The notes: generated by a model not told the origin, from the sequence alone. A DNA stretch of 64,000 nt from Phycisphaerales bacterium (GCA_965227775.1 OZ245777.1:736001-800000); one strand, 5' to 3'; shown: positions 13,635-24,475, counted from the stretch's first letter. Translations and numbers: made by a program.

Positions 13635-14546
13635 ATGGCCCACGCGCCCCATCTCACCGCCCGCCAGCGGACCGCCCTGAGCGTGCCCCCGCTGCTGCTG
13701 CGGCTGGTGCTCGCCATCATCTTCATCTGGGCGGGCTCCACCAAGATCTTCGGCTACATGGACGTGACCGAGGAAAACCGCGCCGCCCTCATCGCCGCCG
13801 GCGTGCTCTCGGCCCCGGGCGAGACCACGATCGACGAGATCCCGGTCGACGAATCCCCGGTAGAGGCGCCGGTCGATCCGCCGGCAGACGAGCCTGCCTC
13901 CGATCCCGGCCCCGTCGATGAACCCCAAGCCGATCCAACGGACGACCCGGCAGGCGACCCCGCCGACGAGCCGGTTGGCGAGCCCGACCCGACCGATCCG
14001 GTCGAAGACCCGACCTTTGCGGTGGCGTCCCAGCCCACGATCACATTGGTCGCTCAAGCGCCGCCCGAGCGCGTGCGCAACCTGAACGGCCTGGCGATGC
14101 TGCTGTACGCCCGGGCCAACCCTCCTTCGACGCTGGCCGACGACGAGGACGGCACGCTCGAGGCCCAGCGGCCCATGGCGCTCTGGCCAGCCGCGGTGGG
14201 CTCGCCCCCGTGGCCGGTGCGGTTCGCGTGGGCAGCGGCTATCACCGAACTGCTCGCCGGCTTGCTGCTGCTCGTCGGGCTCTTCACGCGCCTGGGCGGG
14301 CTGTCGATCGCGGGCGTGATGGGTGTGGCCATGTGGCTCACCGAGATCGGCCCGGCCCTCCAGAGCGGCAACACGTGGCTGGGCTTCCTGCCCATGTACG
14401 AGCCGACGGACGTTGCGAGCTACACCAAGATCCTGTACCAGCTCGCCTTGCTCTCGATGGGGCTGGCGCTGCTGTTCTCGGGCCCGGGCATGCTGTCGCT
14501 CGACCGCTGGATCTTCGGCAAGAGCGTCGCAGACGACGACGACTGA
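13635..14546 (+). CDS. DoxX-family membrane protein with long acidic Pro-rich insertion
   Basis: LLRLVLAIIFIWAGSTKI...ELLAGLLLLVGLFTR...GPGMLSLDR; strong RBS AGGAGG. Confidence 0.8.
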   Translation: MAHAPHLTARQRTALSVPPLLLRLVLAIIFIWAGSTKIFGYMDVTEENRAALIAAGVLSAPGETTIDEIPVDESPVEAPVDPPADEPASDPGPVDEPQADPTDDPAGDPADEPVGEPDPTDPVEDPTFAVASQPTITLVAQAPPERVRNLNGLAMLLYARANPPSTLADDEDGTLEAQRPMALWPAAVGSPPWPVRFAWAAAITELLAGLLLLVGLFTRLGGLSIAGVMGVAMWLTEIGPALQSGNTWLGFLPMYEPTDVASYTKILYQLALLSMGLALLFSGPGMLSLDRWIFGKSVADDDD

Positions 14547-14673
14547 CCCTGGTGAACCCCGAATCTGGGGAACAGGTCTCCGATCGCAAGCGAAGGTTTC
14601 CAGGTGCCAGACCCCGAATCGGGTCGTGGGCCTGGCGACCTATGCTGCGCCCCTACCACCGGAGGCCTACCCC

Positions 14674-15069
14674 GTGAGCACCACCGATACCTCCGCACTC
14701 CAGGACGCCACGATCCTCATCGTCGACGACGACAAGGACGTGCTGCTGGCCATGGAGACCGCCTTCAAGGCCGAGGGCGCTACGACGCACACGGCCGGCG
14801 ACGGCAATACCGCCGTCGAGCTCACCCTCGAAGCCAAGCCCGATCTGGTCGTGCTCGACATGATGCTGCCCGCGAGATCGGGCTTCCTCGCCCTGGAGAA
14901 GATCAAGGGCAACACCGATAGCCCGCTGGTGATCATGGTGACCGCCAACGACGGCAAGCGGCACCAGGCGTACGCCCAGTCGCTGGGCGTCGATGGCTAC
15001 CTCATCAAGCCCGTGCCGCTCGGCCAGCTCATGGAGACGGCCGCCGAGCTTCTCGCCAGCCGCAAGTAA
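14674..15069 (+). CDS. Single-domain response regulator (receiver only)
   Basis: ILIVDDD, PDLVVLDMMLP..SG, IMVTA, YLIKP; GTG after GGAGG. Confidence 0.92.
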   Translation: MSTTDTSALQDATILIVDDDKDVLLAMETAFKAEGATTHTAGDGNTAVELTLEAKPDLVVLDMMLPARSGFLALEKIKGNTDSPLVIMVTANDGKRHQAYAQSLGVDGYLIKPVPLGQLMETAAELLASRK

Positions 15070-15084
15070 GGGGACCCCGGCCGG

Positions 15085-15405
15085 ATGCCCAAGCGTCAGA
15101 TCGTCATCGTGTCGTCCCAGCCCGCCGACGAGGGGCTGCCGCCCCTGGGCACCATCGACGAGGTGTCGAGCGCCCTGGCCGACTTCAACACCGCCCCGGA
15201 CGGTTCGGAGCGCAGTGCCTCGGCCGGCACGGTCGTGCTGCACGGGCCGGGCCTGGTCGTTGAGTTGCCGATGGGCCTCGACCGCGTGACGCAAGGCCTC
15301 GTGACGCTCATCGATGAAGACGTGGCGTGGCCCGTTCTGATGCGGCTGGTGAAGAACCTGCCCTGGAAGCTGCTAGACCTGGAAACCGGCCGCAGCTTCG
15401 GCTAA
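15085..15405 (+). CDS. Hypothetical protein
   Basis: Operonic position and coding-like GC3; no family recognised. Confidence 0.75.
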   Translation: MPKRQIVIVSSQPADEGLPPLGTIDEVSSALADFNTAPDGSERSASAGTVVLHGPGLVVELPMGLDRVTQGLVTLIDEDVAWPVLMRLVKNLPWKLLDLETGRSFG

Positions 15406-15449
15406 GGGTGATTCACACACCCCGCCAGCGGCGATCCTAAACTCGCCGA

Positions 15450-16931
15450 GTGGATACCTTACTTACCGCACTCGCGAACTGGCGGCCCTTTACGGCGTTG
15501 GTGCTGGGCGACTTCATGCTCGACCAGCAGCTCTACGGCGACGCTGAGCGGCTGAGCGCCGACGCGCCCGTGCCCGTCCTGCGAGTCACGCGACAGGACG
15601 CGATGCCCGGAGGCGCCGGGAATCTGGCCGAAGACCTCGTGGCGCTGGGCGGCACGGTAAAGGTCTTCGGCGTGGCCGGTGATGATGCCGAGGGCGCGAT
15701 GCTGCGCGACCGGTTGTCGGCCGCAGGTATCGACACGACGGGGCTCGTCACCGATGCCGCGCGCCCCACGACGGTGAAGCGAAACCTCATCGGCCTGGCT
15801 CAGCACCGCCACCCCCAAAAGATGTTCCGCGTGGATTTCGAGTCTCGCGAGGCGCTGCCCGAGGGTGTGTCTCAGCAACTGCTCGCCGCACTCGATGCCG
15901 CGTTGGCCGACGCCGATGTGCTGTGCCTGGAAGACTACGACAAGGGCGTATGCGACGAGGCAACCTGCCGCGCCGCCATTGAGCTCGCCCGAGCGCACGG
16001 TGTACCGCTGCTGGTCGATCCTGCATCGCGCGACGATTTCGCACGATACCGCGGATGCACGTCGATCACGCCGAACAGGAGCGAGGCCGAGCGCGCGACG
16101 GGCCGGCGGCACTCGATGAACTCAGCGGCGCAACGCCAAGAACTCGCCCGAGAGCTGGCGCACTCGCTCGATTGCGAGGCGGTCGTGCTCACCCTCGACA
16201 AGGACGGCGCGTTGCTGCTCGAACGCGGCGCCGAGCCCCTGACCATCCCCACCGTCGCGCGCGAGGTGTACGACGTCACGGGCGCGGGCGACATGATGCT
16301 CGCCGGCCTGGCCGCCGCGCGCGCGAATGGGCTTGCGTGGTCCGACTCGGTCCGCTTTGCGAACGCTGCGGCGGGCCTCGAAGTACAGATCTTCGGTGTC
16401 AAGCCGATCCCGCTGGCCGACGTGCACCGGGAGTTGCTTCGTCAGGCCGGGCGTTTGACCGGCAAGCTGCGCACGATCGAGGAAATGCGGGGCGAGGTCG
16501 CCAGCGTCCGGCGCAACGGCGGCACCGTCGTGTTCACCAATGGCTGCTTCGACGTCTTGCACGCCGGGCACGTCACGCTGCTGGAGAAGGCCGCGACGTT
16601 CGGCGATTTCCTTGTCGTCGGCTTGAACAGTGACGATTCGGTTCGGCGGCTCAAGGGCGACGGCCGGCCGGTGCACGCCGGTCTTGATCGCGCGCGTGTC
16701 CTCGGGGCGCTCGAGCCGGTGGGCGCCGTGGTCTTCTTCGAGGACGACACACCCATCGACCTAATCGAGGCGCTCGCACCCGACGTGCTGGTGAAGGGCG
16801 CCGACTACGCGGGCAAGGAAGTGGTCGGCCAGCGTGTGGTCGAGGCCGCTGGCGGCAGGGTTGAACTGGTCGACCTCGTCCAGGGCCTGAGCACGACGGC
16901 CGCGCTCTCACGCATGGGTGCCCCTCGGTGA
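15450..16931 (+). CDS. hldE: Bifunctional heptose-7-phosphate kinase / heptose-1-phosphate adenylyltransferase
   Basis: LGDFMLD..ERLSADAPVPV, GGAGN, DVTGAGD, VFTNGCFDVLHAGH, GLNSDDSVRRLKG, LVKGADY. Confidence 0.95.
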   Translation: MDTLLTALANWRPFTALVLGDFMLDQQLYGDAERLSADAPVPVLRVTRQDAMPGGAGNLAEDLVALGGTVKVFGVAGDDAEGAMLRDRLSAAGIDTTGLVTDAARPTTVKRNLIGLAQHRHPQKMFRVDFESREALPEGVSQQLLAALDAALADADVLCLEDYDKGVCDEATCRAAIELARAHGVPLLVDPASRDDFARYRGCTSITPNRSEAERATGRRHSMNSAAQRQELARELAHSLDCEAVVLTLDKDGALLLERGAEPLTIPTVAREVYDVTGAGDMMLAGLAAARANGLAWSDSVRFANAAAGLEVQIFGVKPIPLADVHRELLRQAGRLTGKLRTIEEMRGEVASVRRNGGTVVFTNGCFDVLHAGHVTLLEKAATFGDFLVVGLNSDDSVRRLKGDGRPVHAGLDRARVLGALEPVGAVVFFEDDTPIDLIEALAPDVLVKGADYAGKEVVGQRVVEAAGGRVELVDLVQGLSTTAALSRMGAPR

Positions 16932-17353
16932 ACCCACCGGCTCGCGCCGCCGCAAATGCCACCGAGCACGTCGCCATCGTGCATCCGTGGGTAATCGACG
17001 CCCTGCTCGCGGGCGAGAAGACGATCGAGAGCCGATTCTCGCGCGACAAACGCCCGCCCTTTGGCCGCATCGAGAAGGGCCATCGCGTGTACTTCCGCGC
17101 TGCTGGCGGGGGTTACGCCGCACGCGCAAGGGTCGCCCGCGTGCAATGCCTGGAGGGTTTGACACCCAAGCACGTCGCCGAGATCGAGGCCGAGCGGCGC
17201 GACGACATTGGGGGCGACGACGCGTACTGGTCGTCCGTTCGCGAGGCCCGGTGCGTCACGCTCGTGCACCTGGCCGGCTGCGAGGCCGTGGGTGATGGGC
17301 CTTCCCTGGAGCGCCAGCGGGGAGACCGCCGGGCGTGGTTCGTGCTGGGGTAG
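16928..17353 (+). CDS. ASCH (PUA-like) domain protein
   Basis: W.IDALLAGEKTIESR motif; start overlaps the hldE stop (GTGA). Confidence 0.8.
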   Translation: MNPPARAAANATEHVAIVHPWVIDALLAGEKTIESRFSRDKRPPFGRIEKGHRVYFRAAGGGYAARARVARVQCLEGLTPKHVAEIEAERRDDIGGDDAYWSSVREARCVTLVHLAGCEAVGDGPSLERQRGDRRAWFVLG

Positions 17354-17378
17354 GGCGGCGGAGGTACACTGGCAGCCG

Positions 17379-19268
17379 ATGGAAGCTCATGGGGCCGTGC
17401 AAAGCCTGGCGTTGGCCTTCGGAATAGGTGCGCTCGTCACCGTGGTGAGCGACCGCCTGCGCCAGCCGCCCATCATGTTCCTGTTGCTGATCGGCTTTGG
17501 CCTGGGAGTCAATGGCTTGGGCCTGGTGAACGGCGACGCCTTGGGCACGTCGGGCCTGCTGGCGATCGCCTCGGTATCGGTCGGCCTGCTGGTCTTTGAG
17601 GGCGGGCTCGGGCTCGATCGGGCCACCATCGCGCGCGCGCCGGGCGCGGTGCGCGGCCTGCTCACCATCGGCGTCTTCGTGAGCTGGCTGCTGACGGCAT
17701 TGCTCGCGTACTTCCTGGTCGGATTGCCACTCGACCTTTCGATCTTGCTCGGAGCGATGCTGGTCGTTACTGGGCCAACGGTCATCCAGCCCATCCTGCG
17801 TCGCACACCGCTGAGCCCGCGCCTGCACTCGACGCTCATGGCAGAAGGCATCCTGATCGACCCCATCGGCGTCGTGGCGGCGGTGTCAACGCTCGAGATC
17901 GTGCGTCTGGCGATCGAGCAGCCCGGTGCCGCCAGCGCCGGGGCCATCCTCGTGCAATTCCTGCTGCCCGCGGGCACGGGCGTGGGCCTGGGCATCGCCT
18001 CTGGCTACGCCGCCGCGCTCGTGCTGCGCGTCATCAACGGCGAACGCAAGAGCGACACGCAGACCGTCGTGCTCGTGGGCCTGTCTTCGTGCATGATCTC
18101 GTTCGGGCTCGCCGAGGCGGTCGCGAGCGAAGCGGGGCTCGTAGCGGCGACGCTGTGCGGGTTGGTGCTCGCCAACGCCGCACGGCCGAGCGCCGAGTCG
18201 ATGCGCCGCTTCAAAGAAACGACCGCCGTCATGCTGGTCGGTGCGCTCTTCATCCTCCTGGCGTCGCGCGTGCAACTCGGCCGGCTTATCGACGTGGAGT
18301 GGCAGGAGTTCGCATTCGTCGCGGCGATGGTCCTCCTGGTGCGACCGTTGTCGGTCATCGCGGGCACGATCGGCACGGGGCTGACGTATCGCGAGCGCGC
18401 CTACACAGCGCTGATAGCGCCGCGCGGCATCGTGGCGATCGCGCTGGGGGCTATTGTTGCCATCGAGATGGGGCGCACGGCTGCCCTGGTCGTCGATAGC
18501 CGTCCGAATCTGGAGGCCGACGCCAAGCGACTCGAGACGCTCGTGATCCTGCTCATCGTGGTGACGGTCACGCTCGCCGGGCTCACGGCTGGTCCGCTGG
18601 CCACGCTGCTGCGCGTGCGGGCCGGCCGGCCCAACGGTGTGATCATCGTCGGCGCGCACCGATTGGGTCGCGACGTTGCGGCGCACCTGCGTGCCCTGGG
18701 TGCGCCGGTACGTGTCGTGGACACCAACGCGGCGAACATCGCCGCAGCCGCGGGCGAGGGCATCTCGACGAGCATGGGAAGCGCTACTGATATCCGCTGG
18801 ATGGACCAGGAAGTTGCTTCGACTGGTTTCGGCAACGTGCTGGCGCTCTCGGACAACGGCGAGGTCGATGGCGCGGTCGCGCGTTGGGCAATGCAGCGCT
18901 TTGGCGTCGGACAGGTGCTGCAGTGGCGCCGCGAGAAGCCCGAGCCGGCGACCAAGGGCCAGCCGCGAGCCGGCACAGCGCTCAAGTGGGGCCGCCCGCT
19001 GCGTCACATGTTGTTCCAGATGGACGCAGGCCTGGCGCGCGTGGCCACATGGGAAGGCGAGCGCACTGGCGCTGTTGCGATCCTCGGCGTCGACGACACC
19101 AGCCAGGTGCATCTGATCGATGACGGCGACGTGGAGAAGGCATTCCCCGACGGCGCGCCGGAAGGCATGCAGTTCATCGGCGTCGAGACAGGACCGGCCA
19201 AGCGCCGGGCCAGCGATGACAGCGGCGAAGCCGAAGACGCTGACCCAACCAACCAGGCTGACACGTAG
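17379..19268 (+). CDS. Cation:proton antiporter (NhaP/CPA1) with C-terminal TrkA-N-like domain
   Basis: LLVFEGGL, VTGPTVI.PIL, EGILIDPIG, APRGIVA, multiple TM helices, IIVGAHRLG Rossmann-like tail. Confidence 0.9.
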   Translation: MEAHGAVQSLALAFGIGALVTVVSDRLRQPPIMFLLLIGFGLGVNGLGLVNGDALGTSGLLAIASVSVGLLVFEGGLGLDRATIARAPGAVRGLLTIGVFVSWLLTALLAYFLVGLPLDLSILLGAMLVVTGPTVIQPILRRTPLSPRLHSTLMAEGILIDPIGVVAAVSTLEIVRLAIEQPGAASAGAILVQFLLPAGTGVGLGIASGYAAALVLRVINGERKSDTQTVVLVGLSSCMISFGLAEAVASEAGLVAATLCGLVLANAARPSAESMRRFKETTAVMLVGALFILLASRVQLGRLIDVEWQEFAFVAAMVLLVRPLSVIAGTIGTGLTYRERAYTALIAPRGIVAIALGAIVAIEMGRTAALVVDSRPNLEADAKRLETLVILLIVVTVTLAGLTAGPLATLLRVRAGRPNGVIIVGAHRLGRDVAAHLRALGAPVRVVDTNAANIAAAAGEGISTSMGSATDIRWMDQEVASTGFGNVLALSDNGEVDGAVARWAMQRFGVGQVLQWRREKPEPATKGQPRAGTALKWGRPLRHMLFQMDAGLARVATWEGERTGAVAILGVDDTSQVHLIDDGDVEKAFPDGAPEGMQFIGVETGPAKRRASDDSGEAEDADPTNQADT

Positions 19269-19347
19269 GCCGTCGACAATGACAACGCGGGCGAGGCCTG
19301 AAGTCCCCGCCCGCGCGATGGGCGTTCAATGAACTGTGTCGGTGGGC

Positions 19348-19710
19348 TTACCAGCCGCCGCGGCCGCCGCCGCCACCACCGCCCCGGCGATCACCACCGC
19401 CCCCACCACCGCCTCCGCCGTAGCCGCGACCACCGCGGCCTCCGCCGAAGCCGCCGCCACCGCCGGCGTTGGCCCGCGGGCGGGCCTCGTTCACCGTGAG
19501 GGGCCGGCCGTCCATGGGCGTGCCGTGCAGGTTCTCGATGGCCTTGTGGCCGTCCTCATCGTTCATCTCGACGAAACCGAAACCACGGCTGCGGCCGGTT
19601 TCGCGATCCATGACCACACTGGCCGACTGGATCTCTCCGAATGGGGCAAATGTCTCGGCGAGCTCGTTGTCGCCCGTGCTGTACGGCAGGTTGCCGACGT
19701 AAATCCGCAT
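19348..19710 (-). CDS. RRM RNA-binding protein with Gly-rich tail
   Basis: RIYVGNLPY (RNP2), RSRGFGFVEM (RNP1), VNEARPR. Confidence 0.95.
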   Translation of the reverse strand: MRIYVGNLPYSTGDNELAETFAPFGEIQSASVVMDRETGRSRGFGFVEMNDEDGHKAIENLHGTPMDGRPLTVNEARPRANAGGGGGFGGGRGGRGYGGGGGGGGGDRRGGGGGGGRGGW

Positions 19711-19935
19711 GACTGTGCGATCCTTCTGCAATCGTGCCCGGGAACGGTTCACTGGCTTGCTTCCAGGCGTGCCCGCCCCGGGCCCGAACAACGCCTGCCG
19801 ATGCGGGCTATCCCGCACTCAGGTGGAGATTGTACCAAAAGTCGAAGGCCGAATCGAGCCTATTTTCGGTCCTTGGCGTTCCAATCTTGCCGGTCGCAGG
19901 GCAGACGGGGCCCTGAGCCGAGCCGCCGCGTCGTG

Positions 19936-19964
19936 TTGACGCCACCCGCGATGGTCGATATCCT
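19936..19964 (+). promoter_or_regulatory. Sigma70-type promoter for tRNA-Gly
   Basis: TTGACG-17 nt-TATCCT, 11 nt upstream of the tRNA. Confidence 0.7.
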
Positions 19965-19975
19965 TGAGGCCGCTT

Positions 19976-20047
19976 GCGGGTGTAGCTCAGCGGTAGAGCG
20001 TCACGTTGCCAACGTGAATGTCGACGGTTCGAATCCGTTCACCCGCT
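19976..20047 (+). tRNA. tRNA-Gly(GCC)
   Basis: GCGGGTG/CACCCGC acceptor, TCACG-TT GCC AA-CGTGA anticodon arm, GGTTCGAATCC; U73. Confidence 0.97.
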
Positions 20048-20065
20048 TTCGACTCTGACCAAGAT

Positions 20066-20100
20066 GAAACGCCGTTCCCCAGATGGGAGCGGCGTTTTTC
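20066..20100. terminator. Bidirectional intrinsic terminator
   Basis: AAACGCCGTTCCC...GGGAGCGGCGTTTTT between convergent tRNA-Gly and the next CDS. Confidence 0.8.
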
Positions 20101-20129
20101 GTTGGAAGCGACGAGCTGGTCGAGATCGA

Positions 20130-21878
20130 TCAGGGGCAGCCGGCGTCGAACTCGGTCTGGTAGATCAGGAAGTCGAAGATGGTCAGCTCGCCATCGCCGT
20201 CGAAGTCGGCCTGGAGGTCGCCCAGGCCGAAGAGCCCGCTGAAGGCCAGATAGTCGAACAAGGTGAGGGCGCCGTCGCCGTCGAGATCGACCCGGCAGTC
20301 GTCGCAATCGGGTGCCACCGGATCGAACGAGACGATGCCCAGCCCCGGCGCGTCGCGGCCGTCGTAGATGCGGCTACCGATGGCCACCGGAACGCTGGTG
20401 CCCCAGCAGACTCCCGTGGCGTCGATGTCGGCCGGGCTCGCGTGGTAGATGTCGTCGCCGAGCTGGGCGGTGTTGTTGGTGAAGGTGTTGATCAGGCCCT
20501 CGCGCTCCGAGAAGCTAAACGCAGAGACGTCGTCGTCGATGTTGGTGGTGTAGATAGCTCCACCGAGCCGGGCGATGTTTCCCTCGAAGACGTTGCCGGC
20601 GAAGACAACCGAGTCGTGCTGGTCCGAGTCGATGAAGCCCACGGCGCCACCTGCACCGGCGGTGACGTTGTTCGTGAATCGATTACTCCTGAACGTGATG
20701 TCGCTCTCTCCGCGGAAGAAACGCACGGCCCCGCCGTCGGTCGTAGAAGAGTTGCCCTCGAAATCGCAATCTTCGACATTGACAACTCCGAACGACAGTG
20801 TCATTGCGCCACCACGGCCCGCACGGTTGTCAACGAACTCGCACCGACGCATCGTGAGCGTCCTGTCGTCAAATCCGAGGTAACCACCGGCCGATCGTTC
20901 GGCCGTGTTCTGGGTAAAGACGCAGTCCTCGATCGTCAGATCGCCATTAAAGTCCATGCCTCCGCCGCTCCGCCCTGCGCGGTTTCCAAAGAACTGGCAA
21001 TTCGAGATGGTCGCCTGATCGACAACTAGCCCCCACACCCCGCCACCGTTGAGATCGGCTACATTCGAGTTGAAGATGCAGTCGATGACGTCGACATGGG
21101 TGCCAGTAAAGTACAATCCGCCACCGTTAGCAAATGGTCCGCCCTCAATGCCATTGCGTACGAACGTGCAGCGCTCGAATCGGTCACGAGGAAAGTCCGG
21201 AGGTCTTCGGATGAGGGTCTGGATCACAGCGCCCTGTCCGTTCTCCTCGAAATGGCAGTCCTCGAGCACATGCCCGCCGCCGCCAGCGACAAACAACCCA
21301 AAGCCCGCCGATCCGCTTACCTCTACATCTCGCATGCGAAGCCGCTTCATCGTCGGCCGCAACTCAGCGAAGATTCCTGCCCCGGCTGGGTCCTGCGGCC
21401 CGGCCACGAGAGCCAACTCGACGTACGCCGTTGACCCAACCATGGAGATTGGTGCTTCGGCCTGCCGGACAATGACACCCCTGAGGATCGACCCGCCTTG
21501 GAATTCGCCGCTCGAGTCATAGCGAGCATCGACGGCGTTACCTCGGAACGCGATGCCGCCCCACGGCTCGTCATCCTCCCGGGCCGAGAACCGGGCCTTG
21601 AGCGGCTCGGTTCCAAGCACCTGCAGCGTCCCTTCATCGCCGTCCGTTTCACCGCCCACGATCAACCGCGTACCCGCCAAGCCCTCGACCCGCACACCAC
21701 CCTCGATCGTCAGCGTCGCCCCTCCCCCCACTTCGACGTCGCCCGTCAGCACGTAGGGGTTGCCGCTGATCCGCCAGACCGTGTCGGCCTCGATACGACC
21801 CTCCACGAACGTCTGGGCGTGTGAGGCGACGGCGAGCATCGGCCACGCGATGAGCGCGAAGAGAGCCTTGAAACGCAT
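20130..21878 (-). CDS. Secreted right-handed beta-helix repeat protein with C-terminal dockerin-like module
   Basis: Signal peptide; repeated C.F..N.A..GG units; C-terminal CRVDLDGDGALTLFDY...DFDGDGELTIFDF...FDAGCP. Confidence 0.85.
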   Translation of the reverse strand: MRFKALFALIAWPMLAVASHAQTFVEGRIEADTVWRISGNPYVLTGDVEVGGGATLTIEGGVRVEGLAGTRLIVGGETDGDEGTLQVLGTEPLKARFSAREDDEPWGGIAFRGNAVDARYDSSGEFQGGSILRGVIVRQAEAPISMVGSTAYVELALVAGPQDPAGAGIFAELRPTMKRLRMRDVEVSGSAGFGLFVAGGGGHVLEDCHFEENGQGAVIQTLIRRPPDFPRDRFERCTFVRNGIEGGPFANGGGLYFTGTHVDVIDCIFNSNVADLNGGGVWGLVVDQATISNCQFFGNRAGRSGGGMDFNGDLTIEDCVFTQNTAERSAGGYLGFDDRTLTMRRCEFVDNRAGRGGAMTLSFGVVNVEDCDFEGNSSTTDGGAVRFFRGESDITFRSNRFTNNVTAGAGGAVGFIDSDQHDSVVFAGNVFEGNIARLGGAIYTTNIDDDVSAFSFSEREGLINTFTNNTAQLGDDIYHASPADIDATGVCWGTSVPVAIGSRIYDGRDAPGLGIVSFDPVAPDCDDCRVDLDGDGALTLFDYLAFSGLFGLGDLQADFDGDGELTIFDFLIYQTEFDAGCP

Positions 21879-21977
21879 GCGGACCTCCTTGGATGTTCGG
21901 TCGTTGCCGGGATGGATGGCCGGTCCAGACTAACCGAATTGGCACGATCATGCAAGAGCGTTGCGCCCAAGCGCACG

Positions 21978-22003
21978 AAAGAGCCCGGGGGCTACCCGGG
22001 CTC
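21978..22003 (-). terminator. Probable terminator hairpin
   Basis: GAGCCCGGG-loop-CCCGGGCTC followed by TTT on the minus strand. Confidence 0.55.
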
Positions 22004-22028
22004 GAGGAGTCAAATTGGCGCGCGTCGA

Positions 22029-23318
22029 TCAGGCGCAGCCGGCGTCAAACTCGTTCGAGAAGGCCAGGAAGTCGAACAGCGTCAACTCGCCATCGCCATC
22101 GAAGTCGGCGGCCAGGTCGCCCGCGTCGAACAGGTTGGAGAACGCCAGGAAGTCGAACAGGGTCAGATCGCCGTCGCCGTCGATGTCTGGGCGGCAGGGC
22201 GTCGAGCCATCGACGTCGACGAAATACAGCGCGAGCTCTCCATCAAAGTCCTTGTCTCGGATGAAATAGATGCGGCTGCTGTCGGCCGACCAGCGGATGT
22301 CGCCGTAGCCACCAGTGACGTCGGCGAACACGGGCAGATCGGGTGTCAGGTTGCGCAGGCCGGTGCCGTCGATGTTGACCACGTAGAGCGCGTCGACCGT
22401 GTCGACGTCGATGTCGCCGCTGAAGGCGACCATGGTGCCGTCGGGCGAGACGGCGAGCCCGTCGATGTCCTGGAATTCACCTGCGAGCGGCACGATGACC
22501 TCGACCTCGACGTCGCCCGGAGTCGTGGGGATCTTGATGAGGGTCTCGGGGTCGTCAAAATCGAAGTGAGCCGTGCAGACGAAGTACGCGTCGTCGGGCG
22601 TCAGCTCGCCGTCGACGATCTGGAAGAAGTCGGGAACGTTCGTCGGATTGACGATCTGCGGGTCGAAGCTGGAGCCATCGGTGGGCAGCACGCCGAGCAC
22701 CTTGGGCTGCGGGCCGCCGGGGTCCTGGCTGCCGTAGATGACCGTGCTGCCGTCGCTGGTCACGTCCCACTGGAACTGGTCGATGTCAACGTCGAGCGGG
22801 GTGATGCCGAAGATGTCGAAGCTGCCGTCGGTCAGGGCGTTGAAGACGCCGTCGCTGCTCTCGTCATTGAGATAGATTAGCTCGGTGCCGCCGTTGATGA
22901 GCACGCCGTCGCCGGCGATGCCGGTACCGTTGGTGATCTGGAGCTGATCGCCGCCATCGATCGGCAGGCGGAACCATTCGTTGTTGGGGTTGCCGAGTGT
23001 CTGATCGCCCTTGAAGTACACGAAGTCGGCACCGACGATGGGCGCCTCGTCGACATCGTTGTGCAGCGTCGGATCGTTCCAGATCTCGGCCGTGCCACCA
23101 CCGATCGGCACACGATACAGGTGGTCGCCGCTGACGCCATCGTCGACCGAGCCGACGAAGAAGATGAATTCACCGTCGAGCGACAGCGTGAACGCGTCGA
23201 CATCACCCGTGGTCACAGCCGGCGTGATGGGCACCTCGGTGCCCTCCTGCGCGAGGGTGGCGGCGGTGGCCGAGAGTGCGAGGCCGGCGACGAGCGCGAT
23301 GCTGCGATTGCGTGGCAT
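22029..23318 (-). CDS. Secreted TolB/PD40-like beta-propeller protein with C-terminal dockerin-like module
   Basis: Signal peptide; S.DG repeats (VSPDGTMVAFS, WSADSSRIYF); C-terminal CRPDIDGDGDLTLFDFLAFSNLFDAGD...FDAGCA. Confidence 0.85.
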   Translation of the reverse strand: MPRNRSIALVAGLALSATAATLAQEGTEVPITPAVTTGDVDAFTLSLDGEFIFFVGSVDDGVSGDHLYRVPIGGGTAEIWNDPTLHNDVDEAPIVGADFVYFKGDQTLGNPNNEWFRLPIDGGDQLQITNGTGIAGDGVLINGGTELIYLNDESSDGVFNALTDGSFDIFGITPLDVDIDQFQWDVTSDGSTVIYGSQDPGGPQPKVLGVLPTDGSSFDPQIVNPTNVPDFFQIVDGELTPDDAYFVCTAHFDFDDPETLIKIPTTPGDVEVEVIVPLAGEFQDIDGLAVSPDGTMVAFSGDIDVDTVDALYVVNIDGTGLRNLTPDLPVFADVTGGYGDIRWSADSSRIYFIRDKDFDGELALYFVDVDGSTPCRPDIDGDGDLTLFDFLAFSNLFDAGDLAADFDGDGELTLFDFLAFSNEFDAGCA

Positions 23319-23549
23319 TGAAATCTCTCCGTTCTCAGTTCGAGTGCCTTGGGGGTGTTAGAAAAATGCTGATAGAACGTAGAAACCACACCGAATCGCT
23401 GCGTCAAAGCGCAGACAAGTGCGCGTCAAGACAGCATGAAGAGTGCGCGAACACCGATAAACGCGAGCGACGCTGGATGGTGAGACAGGAAAGATGCGCA
23501 GCTTGCTTGAACTTGCATCTGACACGCCTGTTTGCACGAGGTCACATTC

Positions 23550-24416
<867 letters not shown>

Positions 24417-24442
24417 GCATCACTCTCAAGCAACAAGCAAGC

Positions 24443-24475
24443 AAAAAGAACCGGCCTCCTGAGAGGCCGGTTCTT
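24443..24475. terminator. Bidirectional intrinsic terminator
   Basis: AAAAAGAACCGGCCTC-CTGA-GAGGCCGGTTCTT between convergent genes. Confidence 0.85.

Noticed and set aside
19348..19470. GCC/ACC-rich repetitive tract
   Set aside because: Encodes the Gly-rich tail of the RRM protein; not a CRISPR or mobile repeat
21939..21955. TTGGCACGATCATGCA as a sigma54 promoter
   Set aside because: GG-to-GC spacing is 9 nt rather than 10, and it points into the 3' end of an opposite-strand gene
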